From: the human T2T-CHM13v2.0 reference genome, Homo sapiens
Assembly: GCF_009914755.1 (NCBI RefSeq)
Contig: NC_060929.1
Length of the DNA: 64,000 nt
Direction: 5' to 3' (one strand)
Below the pieces are notes generated by a model. The model saw only the letters and a program-made list of their open reading frames with translations, was not told the DNA's origin and ran no database searches. Below are positions 1-13,696 of the stretch, in pieces (the stretch's first letter is position 1; every line of letters begins with the position of its first letter). Both the position numbers and the translations under genes were made by a program.

Positions 1-82
1 CACAGCCTGACAGTTATGCAATAATGGTTTTATTTGAACTTTTTAAGACAAGATTTGATCAGTAATTAGAAAAACCAGTTTG

Positions 83-525
83 ACTATTCACAATAGCAAA
101 GACATGGAATCAACCCAGATGCCCATCAGTGGTGCATTGGATAAAGAAAATGTAGTACATATACACCATGGAATACTATGCAGCCACAAAAGGAATGAAA
201 TCATGTTCTTTGCAGCAATGTGGTTGCAGCTGGAGGCCATTATCCTAAATGAATTAACGCAGAAACAGAAAGACAAATATTGCATGTTCTCACTTATAAG
301 TGGGAGCTAAATGTTAGGTACACAGGGATGTAAAGATGAGAACGTAGACACTGGGGACTCCAAAAGAAAGGAGGGAGAGAGTGGGGAAAGGGCTTAAAAA
401 CGACCTATTCTGTACTATGTTCACTATTTGGGTGACAGGTTCAGTTGAAGCCCAAACCTCAGCATCATGCAATATATCTATTTAACAAACCTGCACATGT
501 ACTCCCAGAATATAAAACCAAAAAG
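83..525 (+). mobile_element. L1 3' end fragment (L1PB/old L1PA-like)
   Basis: ORF2 C-terminal remnant (..LEAIILNELTQKQKDKYCMFSLISGS) followed by an L1PB-type 3'UTR (aaacctgcacatgtac) and an A-rich end. Confidence 0.85.
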
Positions 526-2407
526 AGGAAATATCAGCTTAAACAAAGAATATGACATTTTTATAGTAAGAGCAGCCATTTCATCTGACAAATGGAAATT
601 AATAAGTCACTTGATATATATTAGTTATCAGTATTAAAATAATTATGAATCACAACAAAGCCTACTCAATGCTGTAATTTCAGTTCTTCATACTTGTGAT
701 TTTATAGACCCATTTGAAAAATAATAGCTTTTGAAACTAATATCAAGAATAAAATTATGCTAGACACATGAATGACTGTCTTTGAAAATGACTAGACAAC
801 TGGAGAGTGCAGCAATCAACTACTGCTCAATTAATACTTCATAATTTCACTGTTCCAGTAGTATTCTGACTACTTACTATGTTTTCCTTTATGTTTGTAA
901 TTTAATACATTGGTCTGTTCAAATTCCTGCCATGGACAGGAATTTTATACTTTATTTTCTTATAATATTTACTTGATATAAAGAATTTCAGTGACTTTTT
1001 GTTTTGTTTGTAGGCAAAAGCTCTTCCTAGGAGATCTAGCCAACTACCAATTATGAAATAAAGAAATGTAGTGATAAATTCATGATAATAAATTCATTTT
1101 CTACAGGATTACTGACTGAAATATCAAGATTTTTAAAATCAGATATCCATAAATGTTTTACTTGAGAATAAATTACATATTTTACTATTGCATTAACTTC
1201 TTTATTTGCCAAAAGTTTTGGGAATGATATTGATAAATCCCACAGGCAGTTTCTATTTAAAGATTGATCTGATTTTTTCTGAGAGTAAGATTGTGTAATA
1301 TCTATTTTAAACAGCCAGAACTGTTACAGACTATTTAAAGTAGAAAAAAGGTTTAATTTGGTGCAGTTATGGGCTTGTAATTGTTTAACAATAGTCTCTC
1401 CAGAAAAAAAGTGATTTGTAACATTTGACAATTTATCTGATGTAAATTCTCCTACTAAGGACAATTTTAAGCTACCAATGTAATGCCAATGAATTAAGAG
1501 ATAGGAAGGAATAAACGGAATCACTTTCAAGTGCCTTTAAGAGTTCATAATATTAACCAGCACACTATGAAACGTGATGAAGTTTTTTAACTTAGATTTT
1601 ACAATGGGGCAAATATACTACTATATTATCCAAGCTATACATTTTTAAAATGTATGGTATTTTGTATTCAGGGATCAAAAGTTATTTTGCAGCAAAAAAT
1701 AACCTTAAAAAAGGCATTCCTTATGTTACTTGCACAATATTAATCTTTATAATTTTACCATACTAGTCTACCCAAAGAATTATTCAAGATTCTCCTCCTA
1801 CTCATTATAATCATACTCCATTTCCTTACAACTAATCTGGTTTCATCATACTCTTGCAAATACCAACTGAGTCTTCTGCTTTTTTCTATTTCTTTCATCC
1901 TATATTGATGTACAATAATCCCATGCACTTTTTTCCCAACATTCCTAAGTATCTAAATACTAGTATATACCCATACAAGAGACTACAAAACAACAATAAC
2001 AACACAACAACATGTTTTTAAAAGTAAATTTGGTGATACAAGGACTTCTCATTATACTAGTAGTGACTATCTAAAACATAAGTAGTATGAATGTTATAAA
2101 GGAAAATACATCAAAACACAATCATCTTTAACAATTAAGAAAATTAAAGTAACTATATGTCTCTCAACACCATACTCATCATAAAGCAGTGTCTATGTAT
2201 CCCCTTCATTATAAATGTCTTTGGTATGCATTCTTTCTGTGACTGAGGATTTTGCATGTAATGCATTGGATTACAAAGTAAAACATCACACTACTCAAAG
2301 AGTGAAGTATTCATTAAGTCAATAGAAGAGTTATTAGATAATTGGTTAAATCAAGTAAGAATGTAGCTCTAGAAAGGATCAATTAAAATTTTAAAAAGAC
2401 ATGGCTA

Positions 2408-3549
2408 AACTAGTTTACAGTCCCACCAACAGTGTAAAAGTGTCCTATTTCTCCACATCCTCTCCAGCACCTATTGTTTCCTGACTTTTTGATGATCGCC
2501 ATTCTAACTGGTGTGAGATGGTATCTCACTGTGGTTTTGATTTGCGTTTCTCTGATGGCCAGTGATGATGAGCATTTTTTCTTGTGTCTGTTGGCTGCAT
2601 AAATGTCTTCTTTTGAGAAGTGTCTGTTTATATCCTTCGCCCACTTTTTGATGGGGTTGTTTGTTTTTTTCTTGTAAATTTGTTTGAGTTCTTTGTAGAT
2701 TCTGGAAATTAGCCCTTTGTCAAATGAGTAGATTGCAAAAGTTTTCTCCCATTCTGTAGGTTGTCTGTTCACTCTGATGGTAGTTTCTTTTGCTGTGCAG
2801 AAGCTCTTTAGTTTAATTAGATCCCGTTTGTCAATTTTGGCTTTTGTTGCCATTGCTTTTGGTGTTTTAGACATGAAGTCCTTGCCCATGCCTATGTCCT
2901 GAATGGTATTGCCTAGGTTTTCTTCTAGGGTTTTTATGGTTTTAGGTCTAACATTTAAGGAAGATAGTGTGGCGATTCCTCGAGGATCTAGAACTAGAAA
3001 TACCATTTGACCCAGCCATCCCATTACTGGGTATATACCCAAGGGATTATAAATCATGCTGCTATAAAGACACATGCATATGTATGTTTACTGCAGCACT
3101 ATTCACAATAGCAAAGACTTGGAACCAACCCAAATGTCCAACAATGATAGACTGGATTAAGAAAATGTGGCACATATACACCATGGAATACTATGCAGCC
3201 ATAAAAAATGATGAGTTCATGTCCTATGTAGGGACATGGATGAAGCTGGAAACCATCATTCTCAGCAAACTATCACAAGGACAAAAAACCAAACACCACA
3301 TGTTCTCACTCATAGGTGGGAACTGAACCATGAGAACACTTGCATACAGGAAGGGGAACATCACACACCGGGGCCTGTTGTGGGGTGGGGGTAGAGGGGA
3401 GGGATAGCATTAGGAGATATACCTAATGTAAATGATGAGTTAATGGGTGCAGCACACCAATATGGCACATGTATACATATGTAACAAACCTGCACATTGT
3501 GCACATGTACCCTAGAACTTAAAGTATTAAAAAAAAAAAGAAGGCAAAA
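2408..3549 (+). mobile_element. 5'-inverted (twin-primed) L1PA4/5-like element
   Basis: ORF2 segment on the - strand at 2408-~2959, then sense ORF2 end, 3'UTR and poly(A) at ~2960-3549; 15-bp TSD aaaaagacatggcta at 2393-2407 and 3550-3564; TT/AAAA target. Confidence 0.95.
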
Positions 3550-3659
3550 AAAAAGACATGGCTATCTACTTGAATGATGGTATTGCAGATGTTCCAAAGA
3601 ATAATAGAGTGATGCAAAAAATGGCAGTGCTAGAGTAAACTTACTGCTGCAAACACTTA

Positions 3660-4910
3660 TATTATAAAAGAACAATCTCTAATAAATATCTTAAACTTTT
3701 CACTTAAGAAACTACAAAAAGAACAAACTAAATTCAAAGCAATGAGAAGGAAGTAAATAATAACAAGTGGAACACAAATAAATGAAATATAGAAAAAAAA
3801 TAGAGATAATGAATGAAACCAAAAGTGCATCCTTTGAATAGACACACAAAATTGACAAAAAATAAAAATCTAAACAAGATAAACTAAACAAAGAAGAGAG
3901 AAAAGCGCAGAAGTTATGAATTTCAAGAATAAAGGCAGACCCTATAAGCATAAAGAGGATTATAAGGGAATTTGATGAACGACTGTATGTCAACAAATTA
4001 ACATGAACCAGATGAAACAGAAAATTTCCTAGAAAGATACAAACTATGAAAACTGACTCCAGAATAAAAAGAATATCTGAATAGACATATAACAAGAGAT
4101 TAAATTAGTAATCAAACAGTCCACTACAAAGAAAAATCAAGTCTCAGAGGGCTTCACTAGTGAATTCAAACTTTTAAACATCAATCTTTCACAAACTTTT
4201 GCAAAAAGGAGGAGAGAAGAGGACACTTTTCCACATCATTCTATGAAGTATCAATGAATTATTACTATGAAGTATCTGTGAAGTTATCTATGAAGTATTA
4301 CTCTGATACCAAAATCAGAGAAAGATATCAGATATAAAGAAAACTATAGATGAATATTTCTTACAGATAGAAAAGCAAAATTTTCAATATATACTAGCAA
4401 ATTTAATCCAGTAACATACAAAAATTAGACAACCTGACCAAGTGCGACTTGTCACAGGAATGTGAGATTAGTTTAACATCTCAAAATCAGTAACTGTAAG
4501 ACACCATATTGACAGAATAAAGGATTAAAAATGTGATTATCTCACTAGAACAAGAAACAAAATTTGACAAAAAAATTGAAAAACACTCTTTCATGATAAA
4601 AAATACTCAGCAAAATAGGATAAAGGAATTACCACCTTCATCTGATAAAGAACACTTAGGAAAAAACTATAAATAACGTTATACATACTGACATAAGAGT
4701 GAACACTTTTCTCCTAAGGTCAGGAAAAAAACCAGGATTGTCTACTCTCCCCAGTAGAGTGCAACATTGTACTAAAGGTTAGAGCCAGCGCACTTAAACA
4801 AGTAAAAGAAATAAAATACACATGTTAGAAAGAAGTAAAACTATCTCTGCATATTGATGCCATGATCTTGTACACAGATAAGCCTAAGGAATCTTTACTA
4901 AGATACTAGT
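3660..4910 (+). mobile_element. Old L1M ORF2 fragment (post-endonuclease to RT region), degraded
   Basis: A-rich sequence with degenerate ORF2 motifs (ttcactagtgaattc, ctgataccaaaatcag, aatttgacaaaa, gtaaaactatctctgcatattgatgccatgatc). Confidence 0.75.
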
Positions 4911-4922
4911 ATAATTTAAAAA

Positions 4923-6862
4923 GGGGGAGAAGATGGCTGACTAGAAGCAACTTTTGTGTGCTGCTGTCATGGAGAGAAGAAAAAACGGTAAATGGACACT
5001 AGTTCTTCAAGTGGAACAACCAGGTGGATACATTGGGATTCATCAAGGAAACAGTGTGACCAACAGGGAATGGAGAAGAGTGAGATAATACAGCTGCCCC
5101 CCCCAGGAGTGGCATGGAGCCAGGGGACTCCTTCAACCACAGGTAAATGGTGAGTGAGTGAGGCCACAGGGACCCACACTTTTGCCATGGGCTTCTGCAT
5201 CCCTGGGCCCAGAACATTCTTTGTAAGCCCTACAACTGAGGCCTCCAGACTGACAAAGAGAGCTACATGGAATCCAGAGGTGGCACTCAGGCTCGTATGG
5301 AGTTCCAGGAGCCTTGGATCCCCAGGCATCCCCATGCCAGTGGCTGAAGTTCCCGGAACAGAGGATAAAGATAAGTCCCACTGGCCTGGGACATTAGTGT
5401 GGCCACTCCAGCCACGCCTGAGTTTTCTGGCCAGGAGCAGCTCCGCTCTTACCTGGGATTGAGCTCCCTAAGGGAGAGGCAGGCTGCCATTTTCACTGTG
5501 CCACAGATGTCTGTTGCCCTTAGGCTTGGGGGAGTGTGAGCGATTAGGGACTGTTGCAGATTCCCAGCACAGCTCAACTTCCTTACAGAAAAGTAGCCAA
5601 ACTCTTTTCCACGTGGGTCCATGACCCAGCTGCTCCTCTCTGGGCAGGACCTTCTCACCTGTGACTTCAGCCACCCCTCGCCTGGGCTTTTGGACTGGTA
5701 GCAGCTTTGCACTTCCCTGAGACAGAACTCCCAGAAAGAGAGGCAGGCCACATTTTTGCTGCTCTACAGCCCGCCCTCCTGTTGCCTTTGGGCTTCAGAG
5801 GGAGTGCAGTGATTAGGGACTATCATGGAACCCCTGGCCAGTCCAGCGACCTTATGAAAAAGTGGCCACTGTTGTTTCCCATGTGTGTTCCTAACCTTGC
5901 TGCTCCTCGCTGGGCAGGGCCTCCTGACTGGGACCTAGCCACATCCCGACTAGGCTCTTGGGCAGTAGCAGCTCTGTGGTTCCCTGGGACAGAGCTCCCA
6001 GAGGGGCAGGCACGCTGCCATTTTTGCTACCTCACAACGCTCACTCCTATTTCCCTTAGGCTCAGGAGGGAGCATAGTGGTTGGGGATTGACCTGGATTC
6101 CCAGCACAGCACAGCAGCCTTATGGAAAGCGACAAGAGTGTTTTCCACGCGGGTCATTATATTAGGCCTCCAGCACAATCACCCTGCCCCACCTGAACAC
6201 TTCAGTTCGTGACAGATCTGTGTTTCTCTGGGGAGGAAAGCACAGAGACAACCCATAGCCCCTCTGCCATTGCAACTGCACTGGTATTGCCTTTACTGCC
6301 CTCAGGCTGGGTAAGGGGAAAAGGTCCTGGTCACTATCCTGGAACATCCAGCATTTTGCAGCCACCACAGAGAGAGGAGCCCAGGCTCTCTTCCCTGTGA
6401 GCCCCTACCACCCAGTGTTTACCAAGCAAGATCACCAGCTCTAGACCTCAGAACAGCTGTCCTACACCCAGCTGAGCATTCCCACTTCTGGTGGCTCTGT
6501 GTTTCCCTGAAGAAGGGTCTCCAAGAGACAATCAACAGCCCCCCAGACACTGTCACAGCAGCAGTTTTGTCCCTGCTGCCTCTGCACTGGAGAAGAAACA
6601 AAGAGCCTGAGGGCTTTAGTCTCACTTTCAGCACAACACAGTCACCATATGGAGAGAAGCCCAATCTCTTTTCCCTGTGAGCCCTAAACCATCTGCTCTT
6701 CATCAAGTGGGGCTCTCACCTCAGGTCAGAGGTGCAGCCATTGACTATCTGGCTGAACATTACCAGTAGCAGCATTTCTGCATTTCTCTGAGGTAGAGCT
6801 CTAAGAGTCAACTGAAAGCCCCGCTGCCATTGGCTCTGCAGTGGTACTGCCCTTGCTGCCTT
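4923..6862 (+). mobile_element. L1PA13-16/L1PB-type 5'UTR with internal tandem repeats
   Basis: Starts gggggagaagatggctgactagaagca (L1 5' end with the YY1-type aagatggc); GC-rich; ~265-bp units at 5461/5725/5992 and ~280-bp units at 6259/6540/6820. Confidence 0.75.
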
Positions 6863-8617
6863 GAAGGTACAAAACTCACTCATAATATAAGCACACAGAA
6901 AAATATCATAACACTGTAACTATGGTGTCTAAACTAGTCTAATCCTATATATAAAGACTAAATGATGAACCAATCAAAAATAATAACTGAAACAACTTTT
7001 AAAGACATAGTCAATACAGTAAGATATAAATATAAACCACAAAATGTTTAAAAGCAGGGAGATAAAGTTAAAGCATAGAGCTTTTGTTAGTTTTTTTTTT
7101 CTTTTTTTTTTTCATGCAAATAATGGTAAGTTTTTATCAGCTTAAAATAATGGGTTATAAAGTAATATTTGCACACCTCATGGTAACCTTGAACCAAAAA
7201 AACATACAGTGGATACACACACAAAAAAGTGAGAAACTAAATCATATCACTAGAGAAAAATCACTTTCACTAGAGGAAGACAGGAAGTAAAAAAAGAGAA
7301 CACCACAAAACAACCAGAACATATAACAAAATTGCAAGAGTAAGTTCTTACTTATCAACAATAACATTGAATGTAAATGGACTAAAGTCTTTCATCAAAA
7401 GACATAGATTGGCTGAATAGGTAAGTAACAAGACTCATTGATCTGTTGCCTATGAGAAACAAATTTCACCTATAAAGACACATATATACTGAAAATAAAG
7501 GGATGAAAAAAAATATTCCATACCAATGGAAACCAAAAATGAGTAGAAGTCACTATAGTTGTATAAGACAAAATAGATGTAAAGGTAAAAACTATAAGAA
7601 GAGACAAAGAACACTACTATCTAATGATAAAGGGTTCAATTAATCAAGAGACTATAACTATTTTAAATATATATGCACCTAACTGTGGAGCACCCAGATA
7701 GGTACGGCAAATATTAGCAGAGCTAAAGACAGAGATAGGCCCCAGTACAACAATAGCTGGAGATTTCAACATCCCACTTTCAGCATTGGACGGATCTTCC
7801 AGATGGAAAATCAACAAAGAAACACCAGACTTAATTTTCACGATAGACCAAATGGGTCTAACAGATATTTACAGAACATTCCATCCAGCTGCAGAATATA
7901 CATTTTTTCCCTCAGTTCACGGATCCATCTCAAGGATTGACTGTACATTAGGTCACAAAACAAGTCTTAAAAATTGAGATAGTATCAAGCATCTTCTCTG
8001 ACCACAATAGAATAAAGCTAGAAATTAATAACAAGAGGAATTTTGGAAACTATACAAATTCATGGAGATTAAAAAACATGCTCCTGTACGACCAGTAGGT
8101 CAATGAAGAAATTAAGAAGGAAATTAAAAAATTTCTTGAAACAAATGATACTGGAAACACAGCATACCAAAACCTCTGGAATAAAGCAAAAGCAGTACTA
8201 AGAGGGAAGTTTATAGCCATAAGTGCCTACCTCAAAAAAGAGGAAAAACTTCAAATGAACAATCTAATGATTAATATCTTAAAGAGCTAGAAAAGCAAGA
8301 GCAAACCAATCCCAAAATTAGTAGAAGAAAGTAAATCATAAAGATCAGAGAAGAAATAAATGAAATTGAAAGAAAATTAAAAACATACATGAAATTGAAA
8401 TGAGTAAAGCAATACAAAAAATCAATAAAAAATAAGCTCTATTTTTTGAAAAGTTAGACAAAATTCACAAACCTTTAGCCGGAAATCAGAAATGAGAGAG
8501 ACATTACAACTGATACTGCATAAATTCATATATAATTAAATATCTGTGAATTACCTTAACCAAAGTGAAAGATCTAAATAATGAAAACTATGAAATACTG
8601 ATGAAAGAAATTGAGAA
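6863..8617 (+). mobile_element. L1M/L1MA inter-ORF region plus ORF2 endonuclease remnant
   Basis: gaaggtacaaaactcact inter-ORF motif; ORF2 start region ataacattgaatgtaaatggactaaa (~7361); EN motifs (DIYRTFHP, RIDCTLGHK, tctgaccacaat). Confidence 0.85.
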
Positions 8618-8639
8618 TTTTTTATGTTAAAATCTTTAT

Positions 8640-10270
8640 TGGCAAAGAAAGTAGGCTTAAAGAAACCTATTCTTTAAAACTTGTTGAAATATAACTTATG
8701 GTCTTGGAAATGGTAAGTTTAATAACTATTTTCTATAGGTTGAAATGTTCTTTTTATGTCCATTAGATCAAGTTTAATTTTCCATTGTAAAAATTTATAT
8801 TTTAACTTTTTGGAAGAAATGTTGAAACCTCTCATTATTATTTTAAAAAATCTGTTAATTTTTACTTTCAAGTTTTTAAATATAAATTACTATCCAAATA
8901 CAAGTCTAGAATTTTCACATCTAGTGAGCTGATTGAACATTTTTATCACAGAATAGAGACCTTTTTATTCCTAGTAATGTTATTTGCCTTAGAGCCAATT
9001 TTGCCTATGTTACTGTATCTGTAACATTTTAGTATTTTTTTATTGAATTTACACTTTTACAGAAAAGTGTAGTATATATAATATAGAACTCAAAGAAAGG
9101 CTACAAAGTATACATACCAACCTAATCAGGAAATCCAATATTGCCAGCGCCTCAGAAGCCCACCTACAAACTCTCCCAGTCCTTATTTCCCCATTCCCCT
9201 AAGGGTAATTCCTATCCTGACTTTTAATATCATACTTTAGTTTCTGTTGTTCTTGAACTTTGTATAAATGTAATCGTATAATAGGTATTCTTCCGTGTCA
9301 GTATTTTTATTTGCCTTAGCTGTAGTGTGTTCATTTAAAGTATTTTATTGTATGCATATGCTATAATTTTTAACCATTCTACTGATGATGGACATTTAAA
9401 TTGTATCAAGTTTGGAACTTTTACAAATAATACTGCTATGAATATTATTGTACTTTTCTTTGGCACACATATGCATTTTTATGTTATGTATTTACCGAGA
9501 AATAGAGTTGCCAGATAAAACACAAGATACCCAATCAAACGGGAATTTCAAATAAACAATAAAAAAAATTAGTATATTTATGTCCCAAATATTGCATGCA
9601 TGCATTTATGCTAAAAAAGTGTATTCATTGTTTATCCAAAATTCACATTAAACTGAGTTTCATGCATTTTTATATACCAAATTTGGCAACCCTACATAGA
9701 AATACATAGTAAAAATAAAAAACAAAACCTCCCTGTGGTCAGAAAAGTATTCCATTATACTATGATATCTTCTAGAAATTTTCTTATTAGGCCTTTAGCT
9801 ATATAGTCTCTTGTATTAGACATTTTTGTTGTTGTTGTGAAGTTTCATTTGGTTACTTTTCATATTTTATTTTTTTACAAATAGTTATCCAGTTCTGCTA
9901 GAAAACTTTATGGAAAAAACCATTACTTCTTTGGTAGTGCACAGTCCCACCTAGGGTTTGGCCAAAATCTACTAAAATATGTGAAAATTTAAAATTGGAT
10001 AACATTAAATCTGTAGATCAATTTTGGAAGAAACAAAATTTATAAAACATATAGTGCTCAAACCATAAACTTGCTATAGTTTTCCATTAATTTAGGTCAT
10101 TAATTTTTCAAAATATATTTTAGAGTGGTCTGTGTCTAAGTCTTGAACATATTTTGTTGAATTTCTTTCTAAATATTTGATGTTTTTGTTGCTTTTTAAG
10201 TAGTTATATTTTTTGAAAATTTCTGTAATTAAATTATTGGAAACAATCCACTGTTTTCTCCATATATTTT
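8640..10270 (-). mobile_element. Degraded L1ME/L1MC fragments, interrupted by MER53
   Basis: T-rich antisense L1 3'UTR/ORF2 motifs (ccattctactgatgatggacattt, ctgctatgaatatt, aatctgtagatcaattttggaaga). Confidence 0.55.
9503..9694. mobile_element. MER53 palindromic hAT MITE
   Basis: TIRs tagagttgccaga...tggcaacccta; internal palindrome centred near gtcccaaatattgcatg; degenerate 8-bp TSD ccgagaaa/catagaaa. Confidence 0.85.
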
Positions 10271-10344
10271 TTAACAATTGTGATTTTTGTAAGAACTTAG
10301 CAATGTTATTCCCTACCAGATAACTGTAGAAGCATTTAAGGAAA

Positions 10345-10430
10345 TAATCCTGCATAGTTTTATTCATTATTAAATCCACAGTACCTAGCTCAATGTATGT
10401 CACATAGTAGGCAATAAATAAATACTTGCT
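10345..10430 (+). mobile_element. L2 3' end fragment
   Basis: cagtacctagc...cacatagtaggcaataaataaatacttg resembles the L2 3' terminus. Confidence 0.55.
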
Positions 10431-13400
10431 GCAATCTTTGCAAGAAATGCTTAACCCCCAGGATTTGAAAATTGACCCTCAGTTCCACTTACATAGAATA
10501 TTTGGTTGATAGATATATTTTCAACACATAAGTACCAACCTTCAACATGTAATTACATAGGAATATTTTTCTTACAATTTTCCTATTCTAGAAACACATG
10601 GGACTGCTTAATTTAATTTAGGAGATGTGGGTGTGAATGTTAAGGATTAATTACATAACACAACCGGATGAATTTGGTAAAATGATCTTTAGAATTCACC
10701 TTTCACTATTTTAACAAATAGTTAAAATACTGGGACATATATGTACAGAAAAGCTACTAAGATTTGGTCTGCATGACTATAATCCAGAGTAAAGGCTAGA
10801 TCCATCCTACAGACTTGATCAAACCTTATGTTGCATTTAGTTCAGAAATCCAGAGTTTTATTAGGAGTAATAGTCATAATACCTGCAAGGAAAGCAAACA
10901 AACAAGATAGGCAATGTCTAAAGAAACTATGCTTGAAATTTTTTTTCTTTTAATCAACAAAGAGAATGTTATATATACTCTTAAATGTCTTGAGCTCATA
11001 ACAGCTTTTGTTTTACTCTTTGCTGCTCCATAGAGTAAAGAGGATCAGGATAAAGCATTATTTTTAAAAAATCTGTTTTGGATAGATATATAAGAAACGT
11101 TGTAATAATTAGATTTTCCCAAAGATGAAAATGGTCTATCATTCTGCCTCTCTCTCTCTTAAGCTAGAATTGCATCACCCTTGTTAGAGAATCCCTGAAA
11201 TCTGTGAGTATCTCCATTATCTTTTCAATTATCAGTTTTTTTCACTGTAAACCATTAGAAAAGCATAATATTCTTCCATCTCCTAGGTTATTATTGTCTT
11301 TTAATAAACAATCAGGAAAATAACAAATGCATAATTTTATAATCTGAAGAAGCTATGCAATCATTGTATTCTAATATATGAATACATTTGTTATATTCAT
11401 ATATAGCATATATATACATCTTTTTAAGGGGAATTATGGTTCATAAGCAAGACAATAACAGTTATGGTGAGTATATGAATCAAGTAAATGGAAGAAGATA
11501 TTTTTCTGGTATCTAAAAAAGATTTAAGAGATTATTCATTCTCCTTATAATTTTCTGTGAATTAAATGTTGATATGGCCTATTATATTTGAAATAACTTT
11601 AATTTTTAAAATCAGTGCAACAAAAAAAAACTGTTTCTGGCATTGTGTATTCCCCTTTATATTTATTTGCAATGATAAAATCATGCATTTATAGGCTTGT
11701 GGGTTAATGTAGATACAAGTAATGCGATGTACCATTTTAATTTAAATGCAAAACATTTATTGCTCTTACATAAAGTCAATAATATCTATACTGGTGAATA
11801 AGTGCCACTGATCCAAATCAATTTTTTAAATTACCTAAAAATTTATTATTGCTCATAACTTTATATTTCTCTAGATACTATGTAAATCTTTGAAAACAAT
11901 TAGCAAATCCAAAAGCACTTTGTAAATCTATGAATTTTTAATGCTCCTTTACATGCCATCTTTCTTCTAACTTGAAAATATAATTCCCTTCAATGTCCCT
12001 TCCCTTCTCAAACCTTTTAACTTCCAGCACTAAAGACAGCTGTGCAGAGCATAAATAACATATTAATTTTCATGGTCTATGAATCAGACAATACCAATGG
12101 ATTTTCAACTATTTTAAATACCTTCCAATTACAGCTGAATCTCACATTGCCATTACCTGAATATGTGGGAAAACAAACTTTGTTTGGATGACATAAAGGC
12201 CTATGAGGAAATACCATATTATCCTGAGGGTGCAGTACAGGAGGTGATTAAATGCAGGATGGAAGCAGGGAAGGGAAGTAATGAAACTATTACTCCATAT
12301 AATAAACAACTATATATATTCTTCAGATTCTAATCTATTTGTAGGCAAGTGAATGTCTTCAGTAGAGCAGACTGATAATCGGAGTTGGAGAGAGGGCTCA
12401 CAACATTATCCTTGAAGCGAGTGTCTTCACTAGAGCAGAATGATAATTAGGATGTGGAGATGGGCAAATAATATCACCCTTGACAACGATAATAATCAGA
12501 GTGAAATATATAGACATGCATCACTTCCTTAATCTCAAACTTTGGGAGCACTGTGACACCATTCAGTCCAAATCACAATCCTCCCAATAAGTATAGTGAG
12601 GCACCTTTAAGCAGTCTCACAACAAGGTACCTTAATGAATGCCTGGCTTGGAGAGGAATAACTTGGTAGGTACCTCTGTATCATTGTTGATTTGTTGTTT
12701 TAATTTTTATTTTTAAATAATGTTAGAAAAAGTTAGAAAAGTGACAAAGATAGCATAAAGAACCCTTTTATGACCTCTTTCTGGATTCTGCCAATGTTAA
12801 CCATCTTACAGAACCATAGCAAATTTGTCAAAACAAAGAAACCAAATTTGTATATTACTATCAACTAAATTTCAGACATTTCTCCGTTATCTCTTCCAAT
12901 CTGTCATGGTGTTTAGGTCTTGCCTTGTTTTTTATGATCTTCAAAATTTTTCAAATAGTTAAGAATTTAACAATGTTGTCTTTATACATATATTACAAAA
13001 GAATAGAAGTTGGAATCGTGGGCTACTCTTCCATTCTGTCAGATATGCAGTGGCTAAGGGAGAATAATTGGGAGAGTTTAAGCTAGTATCTTTTGTGCAG
13101 CTGTGGGTGTCAATAGAACAAGAAAATCTTTTTTAAAAAGGTAGAAACAGTGGGCAGTACTGTACATATGAGTCCAATTCTCTTAACAAAACAAAACACC
13201 AAAAATGTTGCCAAAAAAGAAAAAGCATGCAACGTGAAACAAGCACACAAAATGTTTTAAAAATAATCTAAAAATCTTAAGAGGAAAAATCAAATAATGA
13301 GGTAAACCAAATACATATATGTATCTCAGATTGTAAATGGTTTACTACTAGAATATTTTTCAGTATCATTTTTGTAATTCGACATTTAGCTATGCCTTTT

Positions 13401-13696
13401 CTGTACTTTCTTTGATTTCACATCATTTTGAGGTTTTTGGTAAATTCTATATGCCTTCCACATATGAGATATATTATTTAAAATGATAGTCATAAGATTC
13501 AGCAGATGTTAAGAAATAGGCTTGTTTACAGAAGGTATTTGAAGATTATGTAGTAATTAAGCTTTTAATTTTTTCTTTCCAGATTTAAAAAACATTCTTC
13601 CTTTCTTTCTGAAGTTAATTCTTCTAGGTATCAATTATTGAAATTTGTCTCCTAAAATACTTCAAACTATCATGCATAATTGCTTTTCTAAAAATG

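Noticed and set aside
2410-3326. 221-aa and 119-aa ORFs as novel genes
   Set aside because: L1 ORF2 pieces read across an inversion junction; the same applies to 51965-52684.
4241-4300. Short ctatgaagtat repeats
   Set aside because: Ordinary slippage expansion within a degraded L1.
4967-6706. Cluster of 60-150 aa ORFs on both strands
   Set aside because: They lie in a GC-rich L1 5'UTR where stop codons are rare; no recognisable domains.
13226-13291. Block missing from the duplicated copy as a spliced intron (retrocopy)
   Set aside because: No GT-AG ends on either strand, and the copy has no poly(A).
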